Source: Batkoa obscura (Eukaryota). Taken from it: a stretch of DNA of 64,000 nucleotides. The notes beneath the pieces were generated by a model that saw only the letters and a list, made by a program, of their open reading frames with translations, was not told the DNA's origin and made no database searches. Location: NCBI GenBank assembly GCA_030770535.1, contig JASVEC010000002.1, positions 1,364,001 to 1,428,000 of the forward strand, read 5' to 3'. Of this stretch, positions 47,663-61,059 are shown one piece after another (within the stretch, counting starts at the first letter, position 1; each line of letters begins with the position of its first letter). A program made the translations under genes and the position numbers.

Positions 47663-47897
47663 TTTGGTGTTTTAATAATAATATAAAAATATTATTAATA
47701 GAAATAGAGAGTAATAGAATTTTCATTTCAAAGGTATTTTTGGATATATATTTTTATTTCGGTAATAGCAATTTTTTTTAATTTGCATAAAATAACGAAG
47801 CGTTTTTCAAACCAATGAAACTTAGCCAATTTAAAGCCACTTTTGTATTCTTATTTTAATTTTTTTATCATTTTAAAAAACAGTATATAATTTAACG

Positions 47898-48943
47898 ATG
47901 GGTAATTCAATCTAAGTGTCGACAAAGAAGGTGAACTAAAGAATTAACTTAGGCGCTTTATTTTCTAAAATATTATCCGGTTTATTTGGTGAAAAAGAAG
48001 CGAGAATTTTGATCTTAGGTTTAGATGGGGCAGGTAAAACTACTATGCTTTATCGATTACAAGTAAGTTTTATAAAAAAGATTTGGAATTACTTTATATC
48101 TATATTGATATTGATATTGATATTGATATTAATATTTAGTTAGGTGAAGTGGTTTCTACTATCCCAAGTAAGTTATTTGAAATTTGAATTTTTGATTGAG
48201 GATTGATGTCTTTTTTATAGCTATTGGATTTAACGTGGAATCAGTGACTTATAAAAATGTGAACTTTCAAGGTAATTGATTATCCAAATTATTTTATTTA
48301 TTAATTATTTTATTTATTAATTATTTTAATTTTTAGTTTGGGATTTAGGAGGTAAAACAACAATTGATTAAGCTCTAGAAAATTAAACTAAATTTTTATT
48401 CCATTTAAAAAAAGGCCAAACAAGCATCAGGTAATATTCTGTAGTTTATAGTAATAAAAATACTTATTTTTAGACCTTACTGGCGTTGTTATTATGCAAA
48501 CACGGATGCTGTAATCTATGTAGTAGATAGTTGTGATAAAGACCGTATCAGTACAAGTAAAGAAGAGTTGTTATCGATGTTGGAGGTAAACTTGTTAATT
48601 TGTTTTATTGTTTGTATTAAATTAATTGAAATTAGGAAGAAGATTTACAGGATGCTGTATTACTTGTATTTGCTAATAAACAAGTAAGATTATATTCATA
48701 ATTTATAATTACAACTTATAAAAAAATAAAGGATATGCAAGGTGCAATGACTTCAGCAGAGGTATCTGAAGCATTAGGGTTATCACATTTAAAAAATCGA
48801 CAATGGGCTATATTTAAAGCATCAGCGTTAAAAGGAGAAGGTTTAGAAGAAGGATTGGATTGGTAATTTTAAGTAATTTATTAAATTGGGTTTCTAATTA
48901 ATTGTTTAGGGTGGTAAATAAGCTTCAAAAAGGAAGAAATTAA
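47898..48943 (+). CDS. ARL1: ADP-ribosylation factor-like GTPase Arl1, 9 introns
   Basis: Spliced: MGALFS...[31 protein letters not shown]...[22 protein letters not shown]...FANKQD. Confidence 0.95.
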
Positions 48944-49103
48944 TTTAACACAAAAGAATTTATAAAATTCTAAAATCATTTCTATTCATTTTTTCTATTA
49001 AATAGTTTTTCATTTTTTTTTATTAGAAATAAATTGTTATTTTTTTAAATCAATTTAAAATAATAAAAATAAATAAAACAAAGTAATAAATTAATGATAT
49101 TTA

Positions 49104-50352
49104 TTAATTAATAATAAAAATACTCATCATACAGGACAGAATAATAAAAACGTTTCCTGAATTCATAAAAGAAAATGAAGTGCCATTACCAGAATTACCA
49201 CTTTTATTATTACTACTTTTACTGTTAGTATTGGAACTTTTATCCTTCTTATTACCATCTTGATCAAAGTATTTATATTCTGGATTACATTTGATTTCCA
49301 AATTTTCAATAGTAGCACTAAAATAGCCTTTAGTTTTTATATCTTCAGAGTCCCAATTAATGTCGCCACCAGCCCATTGTTTGGTTCCATCAGCCATTGA
49401 AGCACCATTCCATAAACTAAAATATACATTATTAATATTTATATATTAATTTTGTAATATAAATACCCAAATTCAATCCTTGAAGGTGTAGTGGGAAAAG
49501 AAAATTTATCATTTTTAGCTGTATCTTTCTTTTCAAGTGTACGTATTAACTGATTATCAACATACCATCTAGTTAAAAAGTTAATATCAGAAGATTTAAA
49601 TATTAATAAAATACACATACTTAATATAATTTGGAGTCCACTCAATAGTATAAGTATGAATATTTTGAGAAGTATCTGAAGAAACTTTGGATTTACCACC
49701 ATTAATATAATCTGCTTGACCACGATAAAATACATTAGTTTGTACTTCTTCCATCTCACTACCTACCCATTCAAAATCAATTTCATCTTTAACTTTAGAC
49801 ATTGTCTATATATAAAATTAATTAGTAATTATTAAAAAGATAATAACTAATAAGACTTACGATAAAAGAAGTAACCACTCCACCAGTTCTACCAGTTTTT
49901 AATTGAGCTGTTAAATTACCATATAAAAAGTAAGCAGTAGATACCATTCTAGATCCACCTTTAGAACCTTTAATCATTTTAAGCATTAATCCGTCATTTG
50001 TTAATTCGGTTTGACCATCAGTAAAAAAATCTACTTGATCCATATTAGCTTGTTTATTTAATTTAAATACAGCTAGCTCTTGAATTCTATCCTTTTTATC
50101 TGGACTTATATTTTTAAAGTCAAATTTTTGATCATTACAAGTATCTTCATTGAGACAAGAATTGGTACTGAATGAGTTGGCTGGTACGCAGTCCAATGTA
50201 CAAGTTACTGAATCTGAACCACAAAAACCTAACTCGCTGCAGCATGGTGCTGATTCGGGACATTTTTGACCAGCAGTGCATCGAATTGGTGCAGTTTGAG
50301 CAGTTATTATGGTTAAATTAATCACAGAGACTATTAATTGTTTGATATTCAT
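49104..50352 (-). CDS. GH16 Crh-family chitin transglycosylase (Utr2/Crh2-like), multi-exon, probable GPI anchor
   Basis: Signal peptide, chitin-binding CPESAPCCSELGFCG, GGVVTSF, DEIDFEW, FPTTPSRIEF, WAGG, hydrophobic C-terminus. Confidence 0.92.
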
Positions 50353-50565
50353 ATTAATATTAATTGTTATATTAGATTTTAATCTAAAAACATTAGCTTA
50401 AAATATTAGTTGAATTTTTTATAAAATTTTTCTTAAAGTGGTTTTATTCTTTATAAATTGAATGTTTTAATTTGACACTTTTAAAAATTAATTTTATGAG
50501 GTATTACTTCCATTTTGAGATTAATTAGCACGTTTTTTTTGAACATAAATGCCAGTGAATTTATA

Positions 50566-50625
50566 TAAAATAAAAAATCAATGTTTTATACAAAATAAAA
50601 AATCAATGTTTTATACAAAATAAAA
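50566..50625. repeat. Short 26-bp tandem duplication
   Basis: aaaataaaaaatcaatgttttatac repeated twice. Confidence 0.8.
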
Positions 50626-50657
50626 ATAAAAATTACAAATATTAATAATAGAATTAT

Positions 50658-52143
50658 TTATTCACATCCGAAATCTTTTAATGTATTAGCAATACGATCA
50701 ATACCATCAAGTACTAAATCTAAATTAGCAAAAGTATAACATAGTCGAATATATGGAGCACCAGGTAAAGTAAGGTCATTATCATGTTTAAAATTAATTG
50801 AATCAAAGAAAACACCAGGTACAATAATAATATGATGTTCTACTAATTTATTAAATAAAGCTTCCATAGTAGCTTTATTAACTTGATTGTTTTCATTTAA
50901 TAGTTTTCTTGGTAAATTTGGCTTTAACCACAAAAACATACCAGCTTTAGGTACGGAATAACTGACCATGTTACCTAATCTTTTATTAATTTGCTGAATT
51001 ACTATATTACGACGAAAGTAAAATTCTTTTCTAATATTAGCTATATGAATTTCATATTTTTCTTGTTTCCAAGCATCAATCAATATTTTACTTAATAAGG
51101 CTTGAGAATGACCAGATGGAAATTGAATAGATACTTCATTAATATATTGTAATTTATCAATCATATTTTGTTGACATGTAATCCAACCTACTCTAAATCC
51201 AGGTGCTAATATTTTAGCTACAGAATCAAACCGAATAACTCGACCATCAACATCTAAACTTAAAAAAGAAGGTAATAATGTATTATATTTAAATTCATCA
51301 TGTTTTGTATTAATTTCTTGTTTATCAATCAAATTAATATCTTCAGGTAATTGTAAGTAATAATAAGGGTCATCTTCAATAATAAGTAGATTATATTTTT
51401 GAGCCAATTTATAAATTTCTTGTCTTCTTTGTAAACCCATAGTAGCTCCAGTTGGATTTTGACCACAAGGTACCTAATTATTATTAGATATTCTAATTCT
51501 TATTATTTTAAATATATAAAATATAACTTACAATATAAATAAATTTACAACAATTATCTGGATTGTTTTGATTCCATTCTTGTACTACTTTATCTAAAGA
51601 ATCTGGAATAATACCTTGTTCATCCATTTCTAAAATCAATAATTGTAGACCAAAGCCTGAAAAGGTTTCTAAAGCAGTAGGGTAAGCCCATCTTGAGATA
51701 AGAATTGGCATATGACGTTTAAAAAACAAAATTAACATTTTATATAACGCATCGGTATTACCAGCACTCGGTATAACATTCCAATTTTTATATTTAGGTT
51801 GATGAATTAAATTAGTATGTTCATAAAAATACTTCATTAATTTTAAATTCCCTTTCCCATTGCCATATTGTTGAGCTTGATTTAAACCAATACTTTCTTG
51901 TTCTTCTTTATTGATAACATATTCTTTTAAAACATTGTCAACCGGATCGCGGACTTTAATACTTATTTCTTCAATTGGAAAACTATCCACTCGTGGTAAA
52001 CCACTAGCTAAATAAATATTCTCTTTATCCAAAGTATATTTTAATAATGATTTTAAGGGACTGATTTTACGTGCTTTAGCTTCTTCTGTAAATAAATTAC
52101 TAAAATCAATGCCTTCTTTTAAATTCATACTATCACTTAACAT
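50658..52143 (-). CDS. PLP-dependent aromatic/2-aminoadipate aminotransferase (Aro8-like); one intron at ~51474-51531
   Basis: QYG, GQNPTG, IIEDDPYYYLQ, DGRVIRFDSVAKILAPGFRVGW and AGMFLW motifs. Confidence 0.93.
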
Positions 52144-53837
52144 AATATTAAATTATAAAATTTATAAATATTTATAAAACTAAAACTAATATTTTGATTT
52201 ATTGATTTTTTATACTATAAATGAGATGGTGTGACTCGGTTTTATTATTCAAGTCATTGGATTATCTCAATTCAAACTTAACCAATAACAATATTGTATT
52301 TATTCTATCCTTACTTATTATTAGTAATATACATATATTTAATCAAATCTTAAGTTAGATATTATTTAATCCTATATGCTTACTTTTGACTATGTGGCAT
52401 TTTTAATTGAATCTCTGATCTGTCCAACTTGAATATTGAAGCTTTTATTTTAGTATACTAATTGAACTTGTCTTTTTTGTAGATAATATAATATAAACTA
52501 AATTATTTGTATTTTACTTCATAATAATAATAATTTTTATTGTTATTAATATCAGGTTAATATTGTTTTAATCTTTACTATTGAATATTAAATATAATTA
52601 AGTTTTATAAGTCGAATTGAACTGAATTGCTAAGTTTTATATTAAAAACTTAATAATACTTGACATATTGCATAAAAAACTAAGGTTGTATCAAGCGGTA
52701 TATAATGTTCATGTATAAAGCACAGGATGTAGACTAACTAAAAATAAAGCATAATTGTTTTTTCATAAGTTATTTATTTACTTTTATATTCATAAATGTA
52801 ATGAAATTTTTAAAAGTATCAAAATGAAAAAGAAAAATCGAAATTTATCAAATAAATGAAAATTGATTAAACAAATTAATTTCATTAAAAACAAGGTACT
52901 TAATAAGTAACTAATATATTTTTATTGATTAGTATAAAATCATTATATGTATCTTAAACCGAATATGCCCCACATTCAAGAGCTGAATATCATCATAATT
53001 AATAGAGTTACTTTCTTTTTATTCTATTTTTATAGCTTCAATTAAATTTAAAAAAGAAAGGAGTCCCCAGAATTTAGCATACGTTCAACGATTCTTCTTT
53101 TTTTAACAAAATTATTTCATTTATGCACGTTTAATTTAATTCATATCACATTTTGAATTTTATCATAATAAATTCAATAGCGGTTAATAAAGTCAAAATA
53201 AGAAAAATCAAGAAATAAAGTTAATATAATAACAATAAAGTTAAATAGTAGAAACTGACTATAGGGAAGTATTTTTAATTGTTAAACTATTTATTGATTA
53301 TTATTATTATTAAATATTTCATTTAAAAACGCTAGTAACTTATAATAAATACAGTAATCGTTCACATTCTCACTACTATAATAAACATAATTTAAAATTG
53401 TTAAATTCAACTTGTGTAACTTGATGGAGAAAGTTGGGTATAATTGGCTTATTTTTAAATATTTTAAAGTTAATTGGTTTGATCCCTGGAATATCAAGGC
53501 TTAACTACAATTATATAAATGACAATAATGATTTTTTTTAATTAACGTGTAATTGAAAATGTTCGGCATCGACTTGTAAGAAGATTACTAAATATAGTAA
53601 TAGATTAAGTGGATCAGCTAACTGTTAGAATTGCTTATCAGCGGTTAATTGATATAATAATCTAATAGTTTAACTAAGTAAAATTAATATAGAAAAAATA
53701 AAAGTTTATACAAATGAAAAACAAGTAACGAATATCAATAAAAGTAACTAAAATTAAGAATAGTATCAACAAATTTATATATAAACCCCAAAATACAAAA
53801 AATCCAATTTTATTTTTTATAATAATACTTTTAAAAG

Positions 53838-55064
53838 ATGAAATTATTTTTAATTACCTTTTATTCCTTATTTAATATTGTTAAAAGTTTTAATTATGGT
53901 GTTGATAAGATACGTGGTGTTAATTTAGGTGGTTGGTTAGTATTAGAGCCTTGGATCAATCCCTCTTTATTTCGACAATTTGAAGGCCAACCTAATGGGG
54001 CCGTGGATGAATGGGAATTTTGCCAAAAATTAGGTGCTAATGAAGCTAAAAGACAGTTAATTCAACATTGGGATACTTGGGTAACTGAAAATGATATATC
54101 AAAATTAGCCAGAAGCGGTATTAATCATATCCGTATACCTATGGGTTATTGGGCCTTTGATATATCCGGGGGTGAACCTTATGTTCAAGGTCAATTACCT
54201 TATTTAACAAAAGCTATTAATTGGGCTAGACAATATAATTTAAAAGTTATTATTGATATTCATGGTGCCCCAGGTTCTCAAAATGGGTTTGATAATTCTG
54301 GTAAAAGAGGGGATATTGGTTTCTTTAACAAAGATGAAAATATTACTAGAATGTTAAATATTATTAAATATTTAACTGATAATTATGTTGGTAATGAATA
54401 TGAAAGCGTTGTAGCTGCTATTGAATTAGTTAACGAGCCTGCTGGTTGGTCATTAGATATGGCTAAATTACAAAAGTTTTATTTAGATGGTCATAACATT
54501 ATTCGAAACAAATCTAAGAGTGTTTTAGTTAATGTTCATGATGCTTTTAAACCCTTAAATCAATGGACTTACTTAAGAGATGATCCTCAATATTCTAATG
54601 TGTTATTAGATACTCATTATTATCAAGTATTTGAATATGGTTTAGTTTCAATGTCTAAGGATCAACATTTGAGATTACCATGTGCAAGATATGGTGATAT
54701 TGCTCAATCTAATCAGAAATTATGGACCATTGTAGGTGAATGGTCATTAGCAAGTACCGATTGTACAAAATGGTTAAATGGTTTCAATAGAGGTGCCAGA
54801 TACGATGGTACTTTAGATGCAGGAAAAGGACCAGCTTGCCCTGGTTGTACATGTCGAGATAAAGATGAATTGGCTACTTATTCTCCAGAACATCGTCAAT
54901 TTTTGAAAAATTTTGCTATGCAACAAATTGCTGTTTATGAACAAGCTGGGTCTGGTTGGTTCTTTTGGAACTTTAAAGCTGAAAAATCACCTGAATGGGA
55001 TTTCTTAATGGCTGTTGATCAAGGTTGGATAGACTTACATCAACCTGTTAAACATACCTGTTAA
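53838..55064 (+). CDS. GH5 exo-beta-1,3-glucanase (Exg1-like), secreted, intronless
   Basis: RGVNLGGWLVLEPWI, HGAPGSQNGFDNSG, NEP acid/base, GEWS nucleophile, GWFFW. Confidence 0.96.
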   Translation: MKLFLITFYSLFNIVKSFNYGVDKIRGVNLGGWLVLEPWINPSLFRQFEGQPNGAVDEWEFCQKLGANEAKRQLIQHWDTWVTENDISKLARSGINHIRIPMGYWAFDISGGEPYVQGQLPYLTKAINWARQYNLKVIIDIHGAPGSQNGFDNSGKRGDIGFFNKDENITRMLNIIKYLTDNYVGNEYESVVAAIELVNEPAGWSLDMAKLQKFYLDGHNIIRNKSKSVLVNVHDAFKPLNQWTYLRDDPQYSNVLLDTHYYQVFEYGLVSMSKDQHLRLPCARYGDIAQSNQKLWTIVGEWSLASTDCTKWLNGFNRGARYDGTLDAGKGPACPGCTCRDKDELATYSPEHRQFLKNFAMQQIAVYEQAGSGWFFWNFKAEKSPEWDFLMAVDQGWIDLHQPVKHTC

Positions 55065-56089
55065 CTAGTTGGTCTAAATAATATAATTCTATTATATTAT
55101 TTAGCTTCTTATTGTTTGCCATTAATTTTAATCTTTATTTCATTCAAATTTTATTTTTATTCAAAATAAATAAACATATTTTTTTACTAAATAAATAGAT
55201 TTAAAAATATTAGTAAACTTTTATTAGTTTTTTTTAATTTAAAAAATAACAGCTGAAAAAGTTAATATGTTATTTAGCACTTGGCTATAATTGACAATTG
55301 ACCTTTGTTAAATAAGATGGATTTCATTTCATTAATGTTTACAATTCATAATTTACAAAAATAGTTATAGCCAATTAAATATTATTTATATTATTTATAC
55401 TTAACTAGTAGTCCTTGTTTCTTAAAAAATCTATATCAATTAGGAAATCGAATGTCCCTGTTATTTCGCACTTAGTTGTATTGACATTACTATATAAATA
55501 AAATTTAAAACCCCTAGGTATTCGAGCAATTACTTTAATTCAATATCCTACACCTTTTCTACAAGTGTATAAAAAATGGAAAATACAACAGTAATAATTA
55601 AATAATCAAATAAACGTCAATAATAATAAAGATAAGTAGTAGTAGTAAGTGGTTTTATGTTATCATTATTTTAAGTATCAAATTACTTTTGTAAAATACT
55701 AAAAAAGACCAGTTATAAAAACTGCAAAAATTCTAAATTCCCTCCAACCTACTTTCGAAAATAGCAACTTTTTCAGTGGCACTATTAAAAATAAAGGGTC
55801 AATATTTAAAAAAGATGTTTGTAAAATTAAGATATTTAAAGCAATAGTTTAAGAAGCTTTAGGTCATATAACACAATAATATTTTAAAATTCCAAACTAT
55901 CCCCCAAAACCAGTTACAGCCATCCCATCCTTTTATGAAAATAAAAAGCAGCCATTTTATTTTAAACAAGCTAATATATCAACATTAAAGAATAACCACC
56001 AAATAATCTTCTTACCAAATGTAAAAAGAAAGTGTTATAGAAAAATATTCTTTTATAATTTATTTGTGGATAAAGTCATCTATAGTAAA

Positions 56090-58710
56090 ATCATCATACT
56101 TTTAACAATAAAGTTGCCTTTTCCTTTCTATAGAGGATGAGATCATTAATATGAAAATCGATATGCCTTTACCATAAAAGGTCCATTAACTGGGATTTTT
56201 TCTCACTGACATAAAATCAAGATTGATATCATAGTTAATAAAGTTGTCACCATAACTTGAGTATTATGTTATATTCTTTTATAATAATTTAATAAAACAG
56301 TCGCTTTCAATAAATAGAGTTTAAGTTGGTAGTTTCAATACTGCTTCATTTTTGACATTGTCATTTCTAATATCAAGCTTCATTGATTAACTTAGAATTA
56401 CCCATTTCTTTTGTAAAAACAAAAAAGACCCGATTTATTTTAGATAATATCTTCAATATTAATATGTAGAAGAGAATAAAAGTAAAAATAAATATTTTTT
56501 ATTCTAGAGTAAAAGAATCGCGCATTAGATTCTAAAACATCATAAAAAATATATTGTAGATTGAAATAGTATTTTATTTGCTAGTGAGGTCATCTACGGT
56601 AATGTTAGCGTATTTTTATCAGAAGAGACAGTTTTTTTATTTTTATTTTCATTTTCACTATAGTCATAAGATGAAAGTTGATATTGTTTGATTTACGAAA
56701 AGTTGTCACTATAAAATAAGATAGCTACTCTTTTGTGAACAATTTCGTTACATTTATTATTAATAAAAGTGACTTAAATAATTAAATAATTAATGAATAA
56801 TTTTGAAAGAAATTCCCTTCCTATGATAAAAACAATCCAAAGCTACAGCTATAGTTCCAGTGCTATCTTATAGTAACCCAACATTATTACTTTTAATATC
56901 AATCATCACCTGCTAACTCAGAATTATATATTTCTTTTGTAAAAATAACAAAGACACAATTCTCTTTCACCTTCAATAATAAAAATTTGCTTCATTTTCA
57001 CCTTTTCAAGATTTTAAAAAAAAACCAAATTGATTTTAGATCATTTTTTCTGTATTAAACTGTGGAAGAGAATAAAGGTAAAAGTAAAAATAAAACCTTT
57101 TATTCTAGAGTTAAAATAAAGTATAATTAAAATATCATTTTGAATTTGACTTCAGTCATAAAAACAAATTGAAACTGAGATCATTTTGGTATCTATACAG
57201 ATATGATATCGATGGTAATATCACTATACATTTATCAGGAAAGATCGATTAATTTTATTTCGTTCTATTGGTATGAGATAGATGCTGATATCATTTAATT
57301 TATTGAGGATGATACCATAAATTAAACAGTACGTTTACTCTATGAATAATAAGCTATACTCATAATTAACAAAAGTAGCCTCAACAATAAAAAAGTAGGC
57401 AACAGTTTTTTAAAGAAATATTCATTTTTAACAAAAAAGCTGTCAAACCTTCAAATGATCGCCTGTTTTCTTATAAATTGTCCGCTTTCTCGTGTGAATG
57501 TCCAAAAAATATCTTGTTTATTCTAGATTACAATAATATATTACTCAAGCCGTAGAACAGAATAAGTGTGCCTTATTCTAGAGCAATAAAATCACATTAA
57601 ATTATAAAATATCGTAATAAAATCACACATTAGATTTCAAAGATCGTAAGTATATATTTTGAGATCTGTTGAAGCTGATCATCTGCGATAACATAAACTA
57701 TAATCTATATGAAAGATCAGTCTTTCCTTCCTTACCTCACTCTATTGACATGAGATTAGGGTTGATACCATTTAATTTATTAAAGTTGGTAGCATAAACT
57801 AAATAGCATATTGACTTTTTGGAATAATTTCGTTATTTTATTATTTATAAGTGGAGTTTTTTATATTAACAAAAAAGTGAATTGGTGGTTCAGAAATATG
57901 TGGGAATCTTTAAATAAAGGATTTACATTTGAGGATATATTTTTGTGTAAGAATTTTACTAACAATTTTCCTGCTCAAATGGTGCTAAAAGATATAAAAG
58001 TGCTAAGACCAAAAAAACGCCTCCATTTCGTATATGAAAAAATCATCCAGAGTCATCGAAAATGTAACGTTTAATATCAAACTAATGTCATTTCTATACA
58101 TAAAGCTATCATTGTTTACAATAAATACGTCATTAGCTACATATCTTTCAAAAGAATTATTGTTCATATAAATAATAATTATCTATTTATTATACAAATG
58201 TAAACTTAATCTTATTTTTAGATTTGATATTCATTTATTAAATTATAAAAAGAATCTAAGAATAAAAAGCAAACAAGCTATTTAAAGTTCAACGGAAAGT
58301 AGCTAAAAGTTATTTAAACTATGATACAATGATATCAATTAAATTAACAAACTCTCTGCTTAACACAATAACCCGTTTATTTTATAAAGTTACGAATAAT
58401 GTCCACTTTAAAGCAGATAATATACATTAAAATATTCAAACATCTAGAATAAAATGCAAATAAAACTTTTTATTCTGTTAGAAAAAAGCATAAATGAAAA
58501 TCAATACATTACAATTGCAGGCTAAATCGGAAAAAATAAATGTTATTTGAGATCATCCTTTATATATCGAAGATGAGATCATCCACCAATTGCATGATAG
58601 TGCTACTTATGTTTCGAAGTAAAAAAGATTCTATTTTTCTAATATCACCCGCTAATCTTTAATACCACGCAATATAAACTTCATGTAAAGTTGTCATTAT
58701 AAAATAAACA
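56090..58710. repeat. Decayed tandem array of about 5 diverged 450-600-bp units
   Basis: Anchors recur in the same order: ttattctagag (~56499, 57100, 57573), gagatcat-like (56137, 56583, 57673, 58572) and aaagttgtca-like (56240, 56698, 57783, 58687). Confidence 0.65.
57929..58026 (+). mobile_element. MITE family A copy inserted in the decayed array
   Basis: ttgaggatatattttt...aagaattttactaacaattttcctgctcaaatggtgct...cgcctccat. Confidence 0.7.
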
Positions 58711-60279
58711 TTAATCAAGTGAAATATTTCCGTGAAATTGGAATATTTGAAATAAATTAGCTTTTAAATTCTAATATTTTATTTAAATTATAGAATGTTT
58801 GTTTAATGAATAAAAATTGGTTTGAATAAAGTATGAAAAAATGTGAATTTGTTCATCTATAATCTCTAAATGCTTTATTTTAAATCGCTTTACGGGTGTG
58901 TTGACTATTTCAAAAATTGAAAAGCTAATACTCTTTTATAATTAAAGTTTGATTAGTTTTAAACAAGCTTTTTAGGGGACTTAAAGTAATGTAAAAAATT
59001 AACAGTCAACTATCCAACAATAATAATAATAAGTTTAAATTAATTATGAGTACCTTTCATTTCCTAACAATTGATAATTCAAGCACCACCTCAATTGCTA
59101 AAAGTAAGTATTAAGTTGTTACACAAAACTAATAGATAAGTTCAATAAATAAGTAAATTGTAACAATAAAGAAAGCAGAGAGCGATTATAAAGTATTCTT
59201 TTATACTACCAAATATCTTCAATTTTTTTATTTTGTTAATAATTTAATTTAATTTTATTCTTTATTTTTAATGATTTTATATTTCCATTCAATTTATTCC
59301 AAGTTATCGTATTACTCTCAAATTAATACTTGAATGTTTTCATTTAAGCGAACTTTTTATATAATAATATTACTATTACAACTATTATATAATATTACAT
59401 TTTTAAATGTATTGATTTAACCTAAATATTAATTCTAGATAAACAACTCCATTAACCAGTGGGTTTATATAAATTATTTTTAATAACAATGGGGCGTTGC
59501 GATAAGCATAGCCAACTAAAGGTAGACAAGTAGCAAGTTAATAAAATAAAATCTAAAATTATGGTGAAGCTAATAATAGCTGGCATGAAGTTTTATTGGA
59601 TAAGCCTTTGTTTTTTTATTTACTAAAATTCCAGTATTCAGTTAAAATTTCTAATTTGTAAAGAATAAAAAGCTTTATTCGAATAAATTAAAATTCTAAT
59701 CTTCGTTCATAATTTTAATATTACCTCATAAAAGTGGCTTGAACATTTAAAATAGTAAAAATAACCTGAGGATAGAATAAATTTCAAAGAATATGACACT
59801 TTATTCTAATTTTTTGTTAGAACATTCAATAGCCAATGATAAGATAGTAAGGAATATATATGGCTCTATATTGGAATGGGGAAATGGGACACTTAGTTGT
59901 ACGAACTAAATGAGTATATAAACAACTCAAAGTACTAATTTTTGTCAGAAAATTTAATCATTTTTATAATCTATTTTTTATTTTATATTTAAAAAAAATA
60001 ACAAGTATTTTATATTTAAAACAATAACAACGTCAACTTAGCTATTTCTATTTCGTAATAAATTGTTTCTCGTTTTCAGCCCTAGTTTTTTAAATCAACC
60101 CCCCCAATTTCTCTAGGATTTTAAGTTTTCAATCCTTACTTTACCAATAATCCAAGTTTTATAACTACGCATCCAAGTTATAAAATTCTAAGTCTTAAGT
60201 ACCTTAACTTTTAATTCTAATATTTTCCCCACCAACTTTCTTTTTCTTAATTTTTTCAAAAAATAATAATAATTCAATA

Positions 60280-61059
60280 ATGAAGTCATTTGATCTCGGT
60301 ACTCACGACATTACAGACACTATCAATATGGTGGCCAGTTACATAACTCAGTTATCTGATTTAAACAGTATTCAAGAGAATTCTGGTTATACCACTTTTC
60401 ATGCACGTTCCGTACCTAATATTGATATCACCAGTTATTTGATACGTATACAAAGATATTGTCCAACTTCCAATGAAAGTTATTTAGCTATGATTATTTA
60501 TTTACATCGTATCATTAAACTTAATATGGAAAACAAATTCTCATACAACTTCACAGTAGATGCTTATTCTATTCATCGACTAATTATTACTTCTATCATG
60601 GTCTCTTCTAAATATTATTCTGATGTGTTCTTTACCAATTCAAGATATGCTAAAGTAGGTGGTATCTCCGTCATGGAATTAAATCATCTAGAATTGGAAT
60701 TATTAATTAGTTTAAATTTTGATATTACTATTACATTAGAAGAATTACAGTATTATGGTGATCAATTAATTAACAGTAATTTATCTTATTTACCACCTCA
60801 ACAATTGTTTGAAGGGCCTAGATTCACAATGCCTCCAATGCCATTGCCTAATTTAGAGCTTAGTTCAGATACCTTATCAGCTGAATCTACTCCATCATCC
60901 CATGCTGAAGTCGCTGCTTTGGATGCTAATATGTATGAGAGTACCTTACAATCAGACAATTACAATAAGATGGAGAATAATAATCGATATTCGAGTTGTC
61001 AAAGTGAAACTCAAATTGAAATGGAAAGGAATACTAAGTTCCAAGGACAAGGGGTTTAA
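60280..61059 (+). CDS. Pho80/Pcl-family cyclin
   Basis: FHARSVPNIDITSYLIRIQRY, IHRLIITSIMVSSKYYSD and YAKVGGISVMELNHLELE. Confidence 0.93.
   Translation: MKSFDLGTHDITDTINMVASYITQLSDLNSIQENSGYTTFHARSVPNIDITSYLIRIQRYCPTSNESYLAMIIYLHRIIKLNMENKFSYNFTVDAYSIHRLIITSIMVSSKYYSDVFFTNSRYAKVGGISVMELNHLELELLISLNFDITITLEELQYYGDQLINSNLSYLPPQQLFEGPRFTMPPMPLPNLELSSDTLSAESTPSSHAEVAALDANMYESTLQSDNYNKMENNNRYSSCQSETQIEMERNTKFQGQGV

Noticed and set aside
27028..52143. U12-type (minor) introns in the multi-exon genes
   Set aside because: The donors I read are ordinary GTAA/GTAT types with no RTATCCTT signature.
657..58026. Recurrent repeat as a CRISPR array or tRNA-derived SINE
   Set aside because: Copies are dispersed in both orientations with no regular spacers, no cas genes, no recognisable A/B boxes and no poly-A tail; the TIRs favour a MITE.
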